A stretch of 64,000 nucleotides of DNA from positions 35,957 through 99,956 of the forward strand of contig QPMI01000441.1 of assembly GCA_004431415.1 (NCBI GenBank), written 5' to 3'. Under the pieces are notes generated by a model. The model was not told where the DNA came from. It did no database searches and saw nothing but the letters and a program-made list of their open reading frames with translations. The position numbers and the translations under genes are program-made. The stretch is from Cyanophora paradoxa CCMP329. Its lineage: Eukaryota > Plantae > Glaucophyta. Shown in pieces: positions 26,931 to 39,409 of the stretch. Every line of letters begins with the position of its first letter. Position 1 is the stretch's first letter.

Positions 26931-27219
26931 CGCCCACGCCCTGTCTCTCTGTAGCCCCCCAGCTGCAGCAGCGCCCCCGGCTCGCACTCGGAGTCTCTGG
27001 CTTCATATTCCGATGCCAACGCACAATTTATTTCACTCGGTTCTGAGGAGATGATCATGAAACAGCACTGGCTGCATGCATCGACGCATGTGAAATTCTC
27101 TGAGGGCCATGGCCCGCGTCGCTCGCGAGCAGAGGGCTAATATTAATCCCAGATGACGGGCCCGCGGTGGACTCCAACCCCCAGGCGCGCCCTCTCCCCC
27201 TTTTGCTGTACCCCCTCGC

Positions 27220-27581
27220 CACGCCTCGGCGGAGTGGTTAGAGCGGGCTACGGGCTACGGGCCTCGCCGCGTCGACTCTCCACTTGCTGGCTACGGGTTC
27301 GATTCCAAGGGGAACGAATTTCCGATCCGTGTGGCGTGGCTGAACGTGAAAAGGTTCAAATCCCGGAAACCGACTTCGATGGCTTCCGTGACATGCCCGG
27401 CCTCGCCGAGTCGAATCCGGGCGGACCCCGTAGCGGCACTCACCTTCGAGGTGCGGGCCGTCCAGTGCGCCATAGCTATAGTAACGCGCAGAGGGAGCAG
27501 GCTGCGGTTAAGGGTCACCATGCGCATGCCCGTCGCGGCCCGGTCCGATAACCCCGACAGGGGAGCAAAATGGGTTTTTTT
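27220..27581 (+). ncRNA. tRNA-derived Pol III-like unit (SINE-like or tRNA pseudogene)
   Basis: A-box-like cggcggagtggttagagc (~27227-27244), B-box ggttcgattcc (27296-27306), second B-box ggttcaaatcc (27353-27363), and a T7 run at 27575-27581. No convincing cloverleaf. Confidence 0.35.
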
Positions 27582-28613
27582 GCTGTACCTCCTCTCACGC
27601 CCGCGCACTGCGGCAGGAGGCGAGTACTAGTGGGGAAAGCGGGCGGCCGCGGGCGGGTAGGGCGGGGGCGGAGGCCGCGGCTGCGGCGCGGGCCCGGGCC
27701 CGGGCTCCGATTGATAGTTTGCGAATTAGCGTTGCATTTGGGCACGACAAATGCAGTGCGTGTGCACATTTGTTGCAGCTGATTTAATTTCGAATTCTCT
27801 GAATTCTGATTTCGAAATTGTTGCATCTCAGGCTTCGAATTCAGCAGGGGACCGAGACGTTGAAGGCGGAGGGGTACCACCGCCGGCGAATCCTTCCCAG
27901 CCGGCCACGATGGACCCTGCGCATGCGCCCGGCCCCCTCTCACTTGGCACTACAGTAATTTCCCCATCCCCCCTTCCCGATCAACTATATAGCCATGCGG
28001 GGCCTCCATTAAAAACCAAAAAACGGCCACCCTCACGCCTTCGTGTTTGAATTACGAAAGGCCCGAGTCGGAGTGCGCGGGTTTATTTGTTGTCATGGAT
28101 CCGGGATCTCCCCTTGATCCCTCAACGAGATAATTCGAATAGGGGCGGTCCCTGGCTTGATCGATCCCTCGAGCCCCTGGCCGGCTCCGGGATCTGATGA
28201 ACCTTTTCATGGCAAGCGCTAGCGAAATCAAAGTAACCAATTTTAACACCGGACTACCGTAGTACCGTGCGCACTCCAGAGGGCGCGTGTTAGCGAACGC
28301 GTGCTGTGTATCACCAACGCCAATAATCTTAGGGCTGAACAGGCCTACGTCCCAGAGTAACTAGACAATCGAACTCCACCGGACACTTGTCGGTTTCCGG
28401 AGTAGACTTCCCGTCAATCAGCTCCCTGAGGCGCTGCGCCCCAGTTGCGAATTTTCGTCAGTCGCAACTCCATAAGCTTGCAATATATTAATTGAGCATT
28501 AAGGCTGCAAGGCAGCGAACCTTGCTAATGATGCGCTTGATCCGTTCGACAAATTCTGGCCCTCTCCTAAACCCCAACGTGTGTGCGATCTGCGGCGGCC
28601 GTGTTTGTGGAGT

Positions 28614-29861
28614 TTATGTCGAAGCAAACAAGGCAGAAAGCCCGAGCTTGGAGAACTCGAACCCCCGATTCTCTAGAGCTGCATAATTAGTGCGCGTATG
28701 ACGTGCCTCGTCGATTGCACCGACATCGCAATGAGCGAAGAGCCGCTCTTTAGGAAACTCGAACTTGCGCACGAAGCTAGACACCTGCAACTGGGGGTGT
28801 TTATCGACTCGAGGCAAGAACGAGCTATCATAGTATTTATTCACCTGCACGTCCGCCCACCCCGCTGCCGTGGCTTCCCGTTTGATCTCTTCGGGCTCGG
28901 AGAAGCCGCAGAAGGGGTCGTCACTGTTTGCAACGTTCTGCAGGACCTCAGGCCTGCTCGCCAGCTGGGGGCACGCTCTCTTGACAGCCTGCAGAGAGAG
29001 ACAGGGGGAGAGTCCGCAAGGATAAGGTTCTTGGAATCAAATCAAAACTGGCCTCCACGAGAAACGAGTCAACCTCGCGCGGCTTGCGCCAGGACAGGAC
29101 GCACAAGACGCCGCCAGGGCGTGCCGCGCGTAGAAGCTCGCGCAGCGCTCGGGAGCGCTCCGCCGCATCGAAGAAGAAGATAGCGAACGCCAGCGTGCAC
29201 ACGTCGAAGCTGCCATCGGCCAGCTCTCGCAGGTCCTGCCGCCAAACTCAAGTTTCGCGATGGAAATGCATATATATATGCGTGGTGCTGCAGCTGCAGC
29301 CGGCACCTTTGCGTCGGCCACCTCCGCGTGCAGCAGCTTGCCATACAAATTGTCATGACCATTGCTGTCCCCTTCGAGCTGCGGCAGGCGCGCCAGGAGA
29401 GCCTTCTTCACCAGCGCCTGGACCATCTCCGGCGAGAAGTCCGACGCCACCACGTCGTAGCCGGCCTGCCGACTCCAGTTGAATGCAAGGTAATTATAAC
29501 TAACGCACACACGTGCACGCCGGGGAGCGCGAACCTTCATAAGAGAGAAAGCCATCGCGCCCGTGCCCGCGGCGACATCAAGGGCACGCCGGCGTCTACA
29601 GCTGCGTGTGCGCTCCGTATCCTCGCGTCCGAATTCAAGCTCCTCGTAATCATGATCATTTGCGAGCTCGGGCTCGCTAGCGCTGGCCCGGCAGAAAGCA
29701 TTGAGGGCGGCTGCTGCCTCGTCGGTGAACAGCTCCGACACGCTGCCCGTGGTGGCATCATACGAGCTGGCGCGCCAATCCCACCACGTCGGCGACGCGT
29801 GCCAATCCTGGATTCTTGGTTCGGTCGCCTGCATGCGCATCTCGTCATGATCACTGATCAT
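28614..29861 (-). CDS. Class I SAM-dependent methyltransferase (Methyltransf_11/25, UbiE-like), multi-exon
   Basis: W..RASSYD, motif I ALDVAAGTG, VVASDFSPEMV, VADAK|DLRELADGSFDVCTLAFAIFFF, RALRELLR..PGGVLCVLSW. Confidence 0.87.
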
Positions 29862-30378
29862 GAGTCGTCAGCTGCAGTCCGAGCCTCGGCCCTCGCCGAG
29901 TTGGTTCGACGCCGGGCCGACGACGGATCCGAGGGATCCGAGGGACCGATCGACTTGGCGAGATCTACTAGAGACGAGAGTCCGAGACTAGCTCGAGGCT
30001 AGTCCGATGACTCCGATCGCGATTCGCCGGCGCCGAGTCGCGAGTCGCGACGTGTCGGTCACCGTGGCACCGGGATCGTATCCGATCACTGAAAGTCAGT
30101 GAGTGACACTGTGTCACTGACTCATCGATTCCGATGATCGCACCGTATATTATACGTACCGGTCCGTATACGTACGCGTATACGTATATACGTACGTATA
30201 ACGACTCGGATTCGTACCGTCCGACGGTCTCGTACGTATATGTATACAGTAGTCGTCGTATACCGACCCGGCGACTTGGCGAGTCTACTACGTAGACGCG
30301 TACGGGCCCTACTACGGGGCCTACCACCGTAGTACGTATATATATATACGTTGGCGAGTCTTTGGTTAGCCTACTGTA

Positions 30379-30584
30379 GGACGGCTTGAATTGCCGTGGA
30401 GTAAAATTGCCGAATTCGCCCAAAACCGGAATTGCCGTGGCGATAAATTGCCGAATCCGGGCTTTCGCTCTTTGGCAGCCTAAGAAAATCTCTACCCCCA
30501 ACAACATTGCCGATGTTTAGAATTGCCGAATTCGGCATCTCGGCAATTTACGGCAATTTAAAACTACGACTAAAAAAGCCGTCC
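30379..30584. mobile_element. Small TA-flanked MITE (206 bp)
   Basis: TIR GGACGGCTT/AAGCCGTCC flanked by tgTA and TAca. About 8 internal aattgccg / cggcaatt motifs in inverted orientation. Confidence 0.65.
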
Positions 30585-30729
30585 TACATCATGGGCAGGC
30601 TACAAAATAGCCTACAATGCCGCTACATATCCGGCCGCGGAGAGACTCCGGACTCCCGGACTCCGGAGTCCGGACCGTCTCCGGGACTCCGGATCCGGAC
30701 TCCGGAGTCCGACGGTCCGGAGTAGCCTA

Positions 30730-30970
30730 AGTACTGTAAAACTAGTTAATTTAGTGCAGGAAAATATTTAGTACTTCGCCAAAATTGCCACTTTAGCAGC
30801 TGGTAATAATTTAGTAGGGCAGTCGACGTCTTTGCGGGGCTTCTGTATGGCGGAAATGGGACTACCCCTACAAATTCTCGACTATAGCAGGCGGGAAATA
30901 TTTAGTAGATCGCCCAAAAACGTTTAGTACTATAAATATGCAGCCCACTAAATATTTCCAGCTCTCCAGT
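30730..30970. mobile_element. Degenerate MITE-like insertion
   Basis: Imperfect inverted ends (actg..atttagtg / cactaaat..cagt), repeated aaatatttagta motif, flanked by 9-bp direct repeat agtagccta (30721-30729, 30971-30979). Confidence 0.45.
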
Positions 30971-31006
30971 AGTAGCCTAGTAGGGTTACAACTTACAAGT
31001 CACAAC

Positions 31007-31694
31007 CAGTGCTGTCATCATGATGCACACATCATGATCACGCCATCATGATGGGACGTCATTAACGCATCATGATGACCTGTGATTATGATGATCGTCA
31101 TCATGATGAGAGGGGGGGTACCTGTACAGTGCGCAAATCGCGTGTTTCTGGTCGCCTGCGCTGTTTGAACGACCTTTTATGCTGTCTAAACAGCTTATAG
31201 ACATGTTATATGCTAGTTAGAGGAGGTTTGGAGCGATTCTGACGATGTTGAAAGGCTGCTGCGGTGCCATTGGGGGTACAGGGGGCACCACCCTTGGCCG
31301 CTGGCGATGCAAGATTGCACCGATTCGCACTTTGAGAATGGGTGCGGAGACGCTTAAGACAGCTTCTAAAACACATAACACACCATCTCGACATCGAAGG
31401 AGGTTGATCAACCGCTCCTCGGCCTCAAAAATCTTGCCAAGTTGGGAAGAGAGGGGTGTGGACCTCTTTCAGGCCAACCCTGAGCCCGATATCTATCCAA
31501 ACTGGTCAGGAATGAGTCATAAACACGTTGCTATGCATTAGAAACGCAGCACAGAGCCCGCGCAGCGAAATAGGCGTGGGAAATGCCCTGTTGAACGATG
31601 ATGATCGCTGGAAGACGTCATGATCGATCATGATGGATCATAATTAACGCATCATGATGACTCGACGGCCGTGTGCATCATGATGACAGCACTG
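31007..31694. mobile_element. hAT-family MITE (688 bp), nested in an older TAGGGTT-type element (~30981-31870)
   Basis: Perfect 24-bp TIR CAGTGCTGTCATCATGATGCACAC. 8-bp TSD gtcacaac at 30999-31006 and 31695-31702. Subterminal atcatgat motifs. Outer ends tagggttacaactta / taagttggtaacccta resemble the 20321 MITE TIR but have no matching TSD. Confidence 0.92.
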
Positions 31695-32082
31695 GTCACA
31701 ACCCTACTACCTGCCGCCAGGCTGCCGGCGCCAGGGCCGGCCAGGCTGGCGCAGCCTAGGCGGCGGCTAGGCCTGGCCCATGCATATGGCGGCCGGCGGC
31801 CGCTGGCCCACTGGGATACGTAAGTCATGATCAGTGGTAACTTTTCAAGTTTAGTAAGTTGGTAACCCTACTCCACTCACTGAGTGAGGATTTTGGCTCA
31901 CTCGTGAGCTCGATCGCGAGCTAGCGCTCGAGTACGTACTGGACTACTACTACTAGTCCATGTCCGACGGTCCGAGTCGGACGGACTCCGCGAGTCGGGA
32001 CCGCGACTCTGGACCGTCGGACCGCGAGTGCTACAGTGCTACTACTAGTAGTACTACCGTAGTATCGAGGACTACCGTAGTA

Positions 32083-32257
32083 CCGTAAATTCGGCGTAAA
32101 ACACAATATTAATGCGCTCAATATTAATGCGTTTTTGGACCCGGACCCCAAGTGTGGCTAATAATGCGCCCCCAAATTAATGCGTTTCCACGGCAAAAAA
32201 ACGCATTAAATTGGGGACGCATTAATATTATGCGCGCATTAATATTCTGTTTTACGG
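32083..32257. mobile_element. TA-flanked Tc1/pogo-like MITE (175 bp)
   Basis: TA|CCGTAAA...TTTTACGG|TA. ~38-bp imperfect TIR cgtaaaacacaatattaatgcgc.. / ..gcgcattaatattctgttttacg. Confidence 0.75.
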
Positions 32258-32279
32258 TAGTACCCGCCGGGGCCGGTGA

Positions 32280-32467
32280 CCGTAAACTTAAGTTTGCGGC
32301 GTAAAGCACAATAATATGACGGTCAAATTTATGTCGTTACAAAACCAGACCCTTGTCTATGCGAAATATGACATCCCCAAATTATGTCGTCACGGAATTT
32401 TCAGGCTTGTCTGTGGCGGTAAATTGGGAGGGGAATGATCAGACTCAGCACGCTGCACGCCCTGTTA
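32280..32467. mobile_element. Left part of a related MITE, apparently interrupted by the giant CACTA insertion
   Basis: ccgtaaac..gcgtaaagcacaataatatg.. and ccccaaattatg are colinear with the left half of the 32083 MITE. No right TIR before the CACTG at 32468. Confidence 0.45.
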
Positions 32468-32484
32468 CACTGGGAGCCAGAAAT

Positions 32485-32685
32485 TAAGTTTACCATATGG
32501 TAAACTTAGGGTGTGGTAAAGTTGTGCTGTTTGCGTTACACCACTGTAAAGTCACCAGGGTAAAGTCGCCGGGGTAAAGTCAGGGTGGTAAAGTTGTGAA
32601 AAGCGGGGTAAAGACGTCGGTGTAAACTCGCCGAGGTAAAGTTGGCGAGGTAAAGACGTCGGGGTAAACTCGCCGAGGTAATGTT
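32485..32685. repeat. CACTA-type subterminal repeat array
   Basis: 24-bp perfect palindrome taagtttaccatatggtaaactta (32485-32508), and about 12 (g/t)gtaaa(g/c) motifs across the array, mostly at ~14-bp spacing. Confidence 0.85.
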
Positions 32686-32918
32686 GGTTTCGGTGCAGCG
32701 GTTCACTTTTTTACGTTTTTTTTGCTTTTTTTTATTTTTTCTGTAAAAGCTATCTATAGCAGCCCATCTTCAAGCGATACTGCGCGCGAGCTCTATCCTA
32801 GAGCTAGCTAATCGGTTTGATGAATGCTTCGTATTCCTGAAATCTGCAGCTGGGACGGAATTCTTCTTATTTGCGTGCGCATGCGGACTGGCGGGATGCG
32901 CACCAGCCTGGCAGGTCA

Positions 32919-35900
32919 TTAATCAAGCTCATCTCCACCAACCTGGCTGCGGTGCGTAGTCATCTCCTCCTCGTCCGACGACAAGCCGGACTCATCCCCA
33001 TCAGGAATATTTGATGCCACTGCTGCAGCTGATTTCCCTGTGGCAAGTGTGACCAGCAGGTCCAGTGGCTCTGAACGTGATGAAGATCCTTGCTGAAGTG
33101 TCACGTCCATTGCAGTCTCCTCCTGCATCATGATGTTGCAGCAGCGACACAAGGAGAGGAGAGTTAAAGAATGAACGAACCAGGAGACGGACATTAGCGT
33201 CCTTGAAGAAGCGACCGTAATCGGCAGTCGCTCTTTCGAACTCGGGATTCTGAACGCGATGGAGCGAAGAATCGGCTTCAAATCGGCGCGCGATCTCTGC
33301 CTCATCAGCCTCGTTCTGTCGATGCCGAGATTGCTGCTCGGCCTGCTCAGCCTGAAGCTTCTTCATGTCCTCATCATTCGAATTCTGACTGTCTTGGCTG
33401 GCTGCGTTCGACTTTGCTCTCATCTCTTCCTCCTCCAGCTGCCTCTTGTCCTTCCGCTCTTCCTTTTCGGCTTCAAAGGCGTCGCGGTACACCCATTGCT
33501 CAATGACCCAGTCACCAGGCACATGAATCTACGGAATCATGAGTCAAAGTGCTAGCCGTCCAGTATTTTCATATACTTCTTACCACGTCACTGCGACTCT
33601 TTGCCAGCAAATCGTGCAGCTTGTTGCTTGAGCCGAATCCGAGCTTATCAGCGACCAAAGTCGGTGGCGTCGGCGAAACTCCAAGCCAGTATGCCCTGAA
33701 CAAAAGACGTCAAACATGTCGCGGATTTTTGCATTATTGATGCGCAATCACATCATATCCTGATCCGCGACTGTGTCTTTCAGAGGAGTATACACTTCCG
33801 TAGGATGGATACTCTTGAAGATCGTATTCTTGCAAGCATGGCGCGTACCTGCATTGGAAAATCATAAACATAATGCTTGATTGCGAGAAAGACAACAATT
33901 GAATGGCGCACGACCCCCAAACATGAAATGGCCTGGCTTCGTGCGGAATCCGAGGAAAGCGGGAACAAGGAAGCCTTTCTCGGTCTTCTCCCAGTGCGTA
34001 ACGAGAACGCCGCCAGGGGTCCGTTCCTCGAGTTTGTACTCCAGCCGGAGTTCAGTACGAATAGCGTCTTCTGACCAGAAGGGGGCTCGGCCTCGTGCAC
34101 TTTTCCAGATCCAGATCCCGGAGATCCCGGCTGGCGGCGGGCGGCTGAAACGGGGAGTTTGACGAGGACCCGCTGATTCCGCTCCCCATTCGCCTCGTTG
34201 TGCACTTTCTGAGAGTCGAATTCCAACTCGTCTTTGAGCTTGAGAGCAGCTAGCACATCGCGACGGATTCGCTGGTCTTCCGTCTTGCTTCGCTTGGCTT
34301 TCGGAGCCTCCATCTGCGGCATATGCAAGTCAATAAGCGGCATATGCAAGTCAATAAGCAGACATATGCAGCCGGCAAGTTTCACCCACACCGCCAATGT
34401 CGAACTGGAATTCAGCGAATCGTGATCAGCCCCCCCCCCCCCCCCCCCCCCCCCCGAAAGAGAAAATCCCGAAAGAGAACCCTCGAAAACCGCATGACAA
34501 AATAAGAAGTGCAAAACGCTCGCAAAGCAAAAGCGCAAAGCGGCAATTGAGACGCAAGTGAATTCGCAAATGTGACTTGAGCGACTGCGTCCATCTCGAA
34601 CACCTAGCTGCACCGGTCAGGTTGCCGGGTTCCGGACCTGCCCGTGCACGTGTCGACTTCCTCTCTTTGCAGAGGCCCGGGCGTACGCCGTCCATCTCGA
34701 ACACCTAGCTGCACCGGTCAGGTTGCCGGGTTCCGGACCTGCCCGTGCACGTGTCGACTTCCTCTCTTTGCAGAGGCCCGGGCGTACGCCGTCCATCTCG
34801 AACACCTAGCTGCACCGGTCAGGTTGCCGGGTTCCGGACCTGCCTGTGCACGTGTCGACTTCCTCTCTTTGCAGAGGCCCGGGCGTACGCCGTCCATCTC
34901 GAACACCTAGCTGCACCGGTCAGGTTGCCGGGTTCCGGACCTGCCCGTGCACGTGTCGACTTCCTCTTCTCTTTGCAGAGGCCCGGGCGTACGCCGTCCA
35001 TCTCGAACACCTAGCTGCACCGGTCAGGTTGCCGGGTTCCGGACCTGCCTGTGCACGTGTCGACTTCCTCTCTTTGCAGAGGCCCGGGCGTACGCCCTCC
35101 ATCTCGAACACCTAGCTGCACCGGTCAGGTTGCCGGGTTCCGGACCTGCCCGTGCACGTGTCGACTTCCTCTTCTCTTTGCAGAGGCCCGGGCGTACGCC
35201 GTCCATCTCGAACACCTAGCTGCACCGGTCAGGTTGCCGGGTTCCGGACCTGCCTGTGCACGTGTCGACTTCCTCTCTTTGCAGAGGCCCGGGCGTACGC
35301 CCTCCATCTCGAACACCTAGCTGCACCGGTCAGGTTGCCGGGTTCCGGACCTGCCCGTGCACGTGTCGACTTCCTCTCTTTGCAGTCGACTTCCTCTCTC
35401 TGCAGAGGCCCGGGCGTACGCCGTCCATCTCGAACACCTAGCTGCACCGGTCAGGTTGCCGGGTTCCGGACCTGGCTCTGTCAAAATGGCTCTGATGGTG
35501 TTGTTATCTGCAAAAACGCAAGCGCGAGAGCAATGTGCAGGCACGCTTTTGCATGAACATCTAGATAGATGGAAAGAAGGGATGAAGAGCAAAGACAGCG
35601 TGTGAAGAGAAATTGACAGAGGGCACACGTTTTTCACAGAGGCTTCGTCACCATCATCGTCCTGATCCCTATTCATTGGTTCATTAATGACACGCAAATT
35701 ATGAGCAGCATTTATGTAAATATGTCGATTGACACGACCGAAGAAAAATTGCTCACTGATCTCTTCGAGCCCTCCTTCCTCCTCCCCCTCCTTGTTTCCC
35801 CTTGCTGGCCGCGCCAGCATGCTTGTTCCCGGCACCAGCATGCTTGTTCCCGGCACCAGCTGCAGATGCCTTGATCCTCGGCTTTTTGGAGGCGACGGCA

Positions 35901-38900
35901 CTATTTGCTTCGGACTCGAGCTCCTCCTGCATCGGTGGATCGATTCGATTAATGGGATCGATACAATTAAGATATAACGGACGTGATGCATCAGAAGCAG
36001 GCCAGATGTTGGCTCGGATGCACTCGTGTTAGCAGTGCTCTTTTGAAGAAGATTTCCTGCCCAGAAAATCGCTCGTTTCGCTCCGTTCGCCACTTGCATG
36101 TTCGGCTGCACCGGGACCGCAGTCATCAAAGTAGCAACGAAAACCATCTTGGAAAGACTACGTGACTTACAACCTGCGCGGCGTCAATCAGTCCGGTTCC
36201 ACGTGCTGCACACAATCCAAGAATTCTGACTGACCATCTGCACCGCGATCTCTTTTGCGACGCCTTTCTTCATGTAGAAGTATGGAATCTGTTTCTGAAC
36301 CCAAGTTGGACAAACAGATGTCACGACAACCAGATCGTGGGCGCTCTGTACGGCATCGCAAAGGGCCTCGTCACGAGAACACGATTACTGGCGCTCATAA
36401 GGTAGTATTCAACGCATGCACCTCCTCCAATTCAAACAGGTTGGCCCGTACAAGCTGCGGATTGACGAATGATAAATCCACACGGCCGACGTACAACCCT
36501 GTCCCGACTATCTCGGCTGTCGCATTCGGAGCCCCAACGTGCATCAAGTCCACCAGCTCGAACTTGTTGAAGCGCATCAGACTGTTAGGAATCGCTTCCG
36601 GTGCAGCAAGGAACGGATTCACTGCGAAACGAAATCAGGTACGTCAAGATATCGAAAAATGAACAACAAGTACTGAAGTCTCCGGGGCTGATGATTTGCT
36701 TAGAGAACTTATCAACCTCTTTTGCCCGCTCGACTTCTCGTTTCTGCATGCGTTTCATCTTTTTCGGGCCATTATACAAGGTTGCGCCGTTCTGTCGCAA
36801 GAATGAGAAAACCGTGGACAGCACATTTAAGATAATGGCTGGCACACAGCCACAGTAGTCCTCCATTCCGTGGTGCGACTTTGAACAAGATATCTAACGT
36901 GACCCTTTAGCCATTCCGTCACAACCTTTTCCGTGAACGGCTCCTGACGTGGTATGTCGGTGAATGATGATGATGAGGAAAACAAAGATATGAACCGGTG
37001 CTGGATTTCCGTCTGGAACTCCTTCAGGATAAACGCCGTTTGCTGTCATTGTGCAACAGGTGTACTTGAGGGCGAGAAGGATGCGTTGAATCAGCTCTGT
37101 AGCGGACCATCGGAATTTAAAAAAGATATCATATTCCGAAAAAGCGATTCGCACTGCTGTACGATGTTTTCATCTCAAGCCAAATGGGTTGCCCAAGTGC
37201 GTCCCAAATGGCCTGAAGATATACCATAAAATTGATACGAATAAAAGGAGACCGAGCATTGTGAATGAAGACTCGTGGATTCTTTTCGTCGCGCCTTCCG
37301 AGGAAAGAGAAACCTGAGCGTGGTTGGGCGTTTTGCAATGGAAACTGAATGGAAATCTGAACTGAATGGTGAATGCAAATCCGAACCATGCGTGATGGCC
37401 ACGCAATCAACGCCCACAGGAAGCGCAGTGTCGTAGCTGTTTTCTCGGAGCTTCGCGAAGAGTGCAAGAAGAGCTTCACGCTGCCGACACGGATTTCATC
37501 AAAAAAAATGAATCCGGTCATAAGGACATGAAGAAAGCGAACAGCCATCGCGGATGACTGGTGTCTGCGGCTCTGATATTCAACGGTCCCAATCAGAAGC
37601 CGCACTGAAGCCTCCAGCGTTGCCTTGAAGTCTACAGGGACTTGTGGACGGCCGCCGAAGATCGTGTTCGAGACGTCTGATTGTTTTTTGTCATGCGCAC
37701 GTATGTTGGTCATGTTTTGATCATGTGCGTGTGTAATTCGAAAAACGCACCAAAGACTCTCATGATATCGTCGACAAGAGTCTGTACTTGAAGAGGCCAA
37801 AGCTCCTCTGGATCGTTCGCAGGCTGCCTGAGAACCGATGCTGTTTGTGAGAGCGTAAGTTCTTCAACGTGCGATTGCAAACAGCAATCGAGTTCACCCC
37901 ACGCATTGGCGTTACTGCGACCGCCCGAAAGGCGGTGCGCAGCGAGACCCGCGTATGAGTTCTCCTTCTCCGACCCCTCGCGGTCGGATCCATCGTTTTT
38001 GTTCTCATCGTTCTTCTGAAGGATTGCTGTCGTCGATCTGCCGACTGTATTCACGCTCTGATTCTTCAGAATCTGCGCTTCCCATCAGTTTGCGATAGCA
38101 ATACACAACAGCAGGACCACATTTCGAGCAAGGGAAGCAGCGTTCGCCAAAAGCGTCATCGGCTTCCACAAAATCAGAGGCGTAACCGGTGAAGAAGAAA
38201 TTGCAGACACAAAGAAAGACAGCACCTTCAGAGGACCTCCTTTATCAGCAGTCTGAGGGCAAAGCACCGACCAGATTTTCAGGACCGGGCAGCATCGATA
38301 TTCGAATGGTGAAACAACGGGAAATCACCTTCAACGAAGGAACTGCCGCTGGAATATTTTCGCCAGAGACGGTTGCTGCCTGAAAGCAACAGCAACGGCA
38401 AAGGTTTCAGCACTCGGGCATCAGCATTCGAACGCTCGAATTGCTGAAGAACACCGTTTTGAAGCGGCCGCCAGAGAAGTTTCCGGCCTGAACATGTGAG
38501 GAGAGCTCTTAGCATCGGCTGTCAAGTCCATAAAGCGCTGGGATGCATGCACACCGCTGGAACTGGAACGGGTTCTCCGCCTTTGCTTCGGTTTCCACAG
38601 TTCGGGACCTTTCCAATAGCTGCACATGTAGTGTAAGCTGTTATACTAGCGGGGACGAGTAAGACTGCGTACATTCAACGCAAGTATTTCTGGCCAGAGT
38701 GCATCTCCTCGCCGCTTCTTGATTTTCTGCCAGAAGAGCATCAAAATTTGAAGGATCAATATCAACATCGTCTGCCAGCAAGTCACAGGAGCTGTACAGG
38801 GAATCAACCTTTCGCAACACAGCTTCGTATTTGCAAAATGAATGCGCACGTGATTGAGGCCAAGCGTAGATCGATGTCGCGAACCTCCTGAGCAGCAGCA

Positions 38901-39409
38901 TGAAGCTCTCTTACGCTCTTCATCGCGTCTCCGAGAACAGGCGGAATGACAATTTTGCTCGATATCGGTAACACTTCGTTGGCTTCTTCGACTGCAGCTA
39001 GAAAAGCTCGTTCGACGTTAAAAAACCTGATTGGAACCACGCCCGTTGGTCTAATTGCGACGATTGCATAGAAGGGAACCTAACGTGGGCGCACGTTGTC
39101 GTATCATAGTTCATGTGCACGGCCGGAGGTTCTGCACGTCCACAATCTCTGTGGAGCTAATGAAACGATTGCAACAGCGGCATATCCACAGCGTACGCGT
39201 ACACATAGACCTTGTGGAGCTCATTGAACAACGCAGTCCTCCACTTGAAGACATTTGCTTTTCGTGCTACGATTACTGCGCAGGCTTGGTACCGCGGAAA
39301 AGCGCACCATAGTACAAGCATGCGCACCATTTGCACCGCTAGCTTCCGCTGGGGTCGCCGGTAACGCATGCACGCCACTAGTGCTCACTGGCGGCCGCGG
39401 GCTGGCCAT
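32919..39409 (-). CDS. Multi-exon transposon accessory protein(s), TnpA/Tnp1-En/Spm-like domain; possibly two genes
   Basis: ATG 39409 (MASPRPP), head-to-head with the transposase. N-terminal helical region. At ~36050-36580, VDLMHVG..EIVGTGLYVGRV..|HDLVVVTSV..IPY..|TLMTAV..AIFWAGNLL fits the Tnp1/En/Spm pattern. Acidic/coiled C-terminus, stop 32919. Interrupted by a 101-bp tandem array. Confidence 0.45.
34589..35474. repeat. Minisatellite, ~8.5 copies of a 101-bp unit (101/104/121-bp variants)
   Basis: Units start at 34589, 34690, 34791, 34892, 34996, 35097, 35201, 35302 and 35423 (partial). Unit gtccatctcgaacacctagctgcaccggtcagg...gggcgtacgcc; copies near-identical. Confidence 0.97.

Noticed and set aside
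28270-28460. Structured ncRNA (RNase P/MRP or snRNA)
   Set aside because: Only a short gggaagtc-like motif is present. No pairing partner or Sm site could be supported.
24248-29861. Host LSMT-like and class I methyltransferases as part of the transposon chromatin system
   Set aside because: They lie outside the left terminus and look like ordinary host families, so proximity is probably coincidental.
30981-31870. Telomeric TAGGGTT/AACCCTA repeats
   Set aside because: They are single inverted occurrences matching hAT-type TIRs, not tandem arrays.
34589-35474. CRISPR array
   Set aside because: No unique spacers, whole units are repeated, the context is eukaryotic and there are no cas genes.
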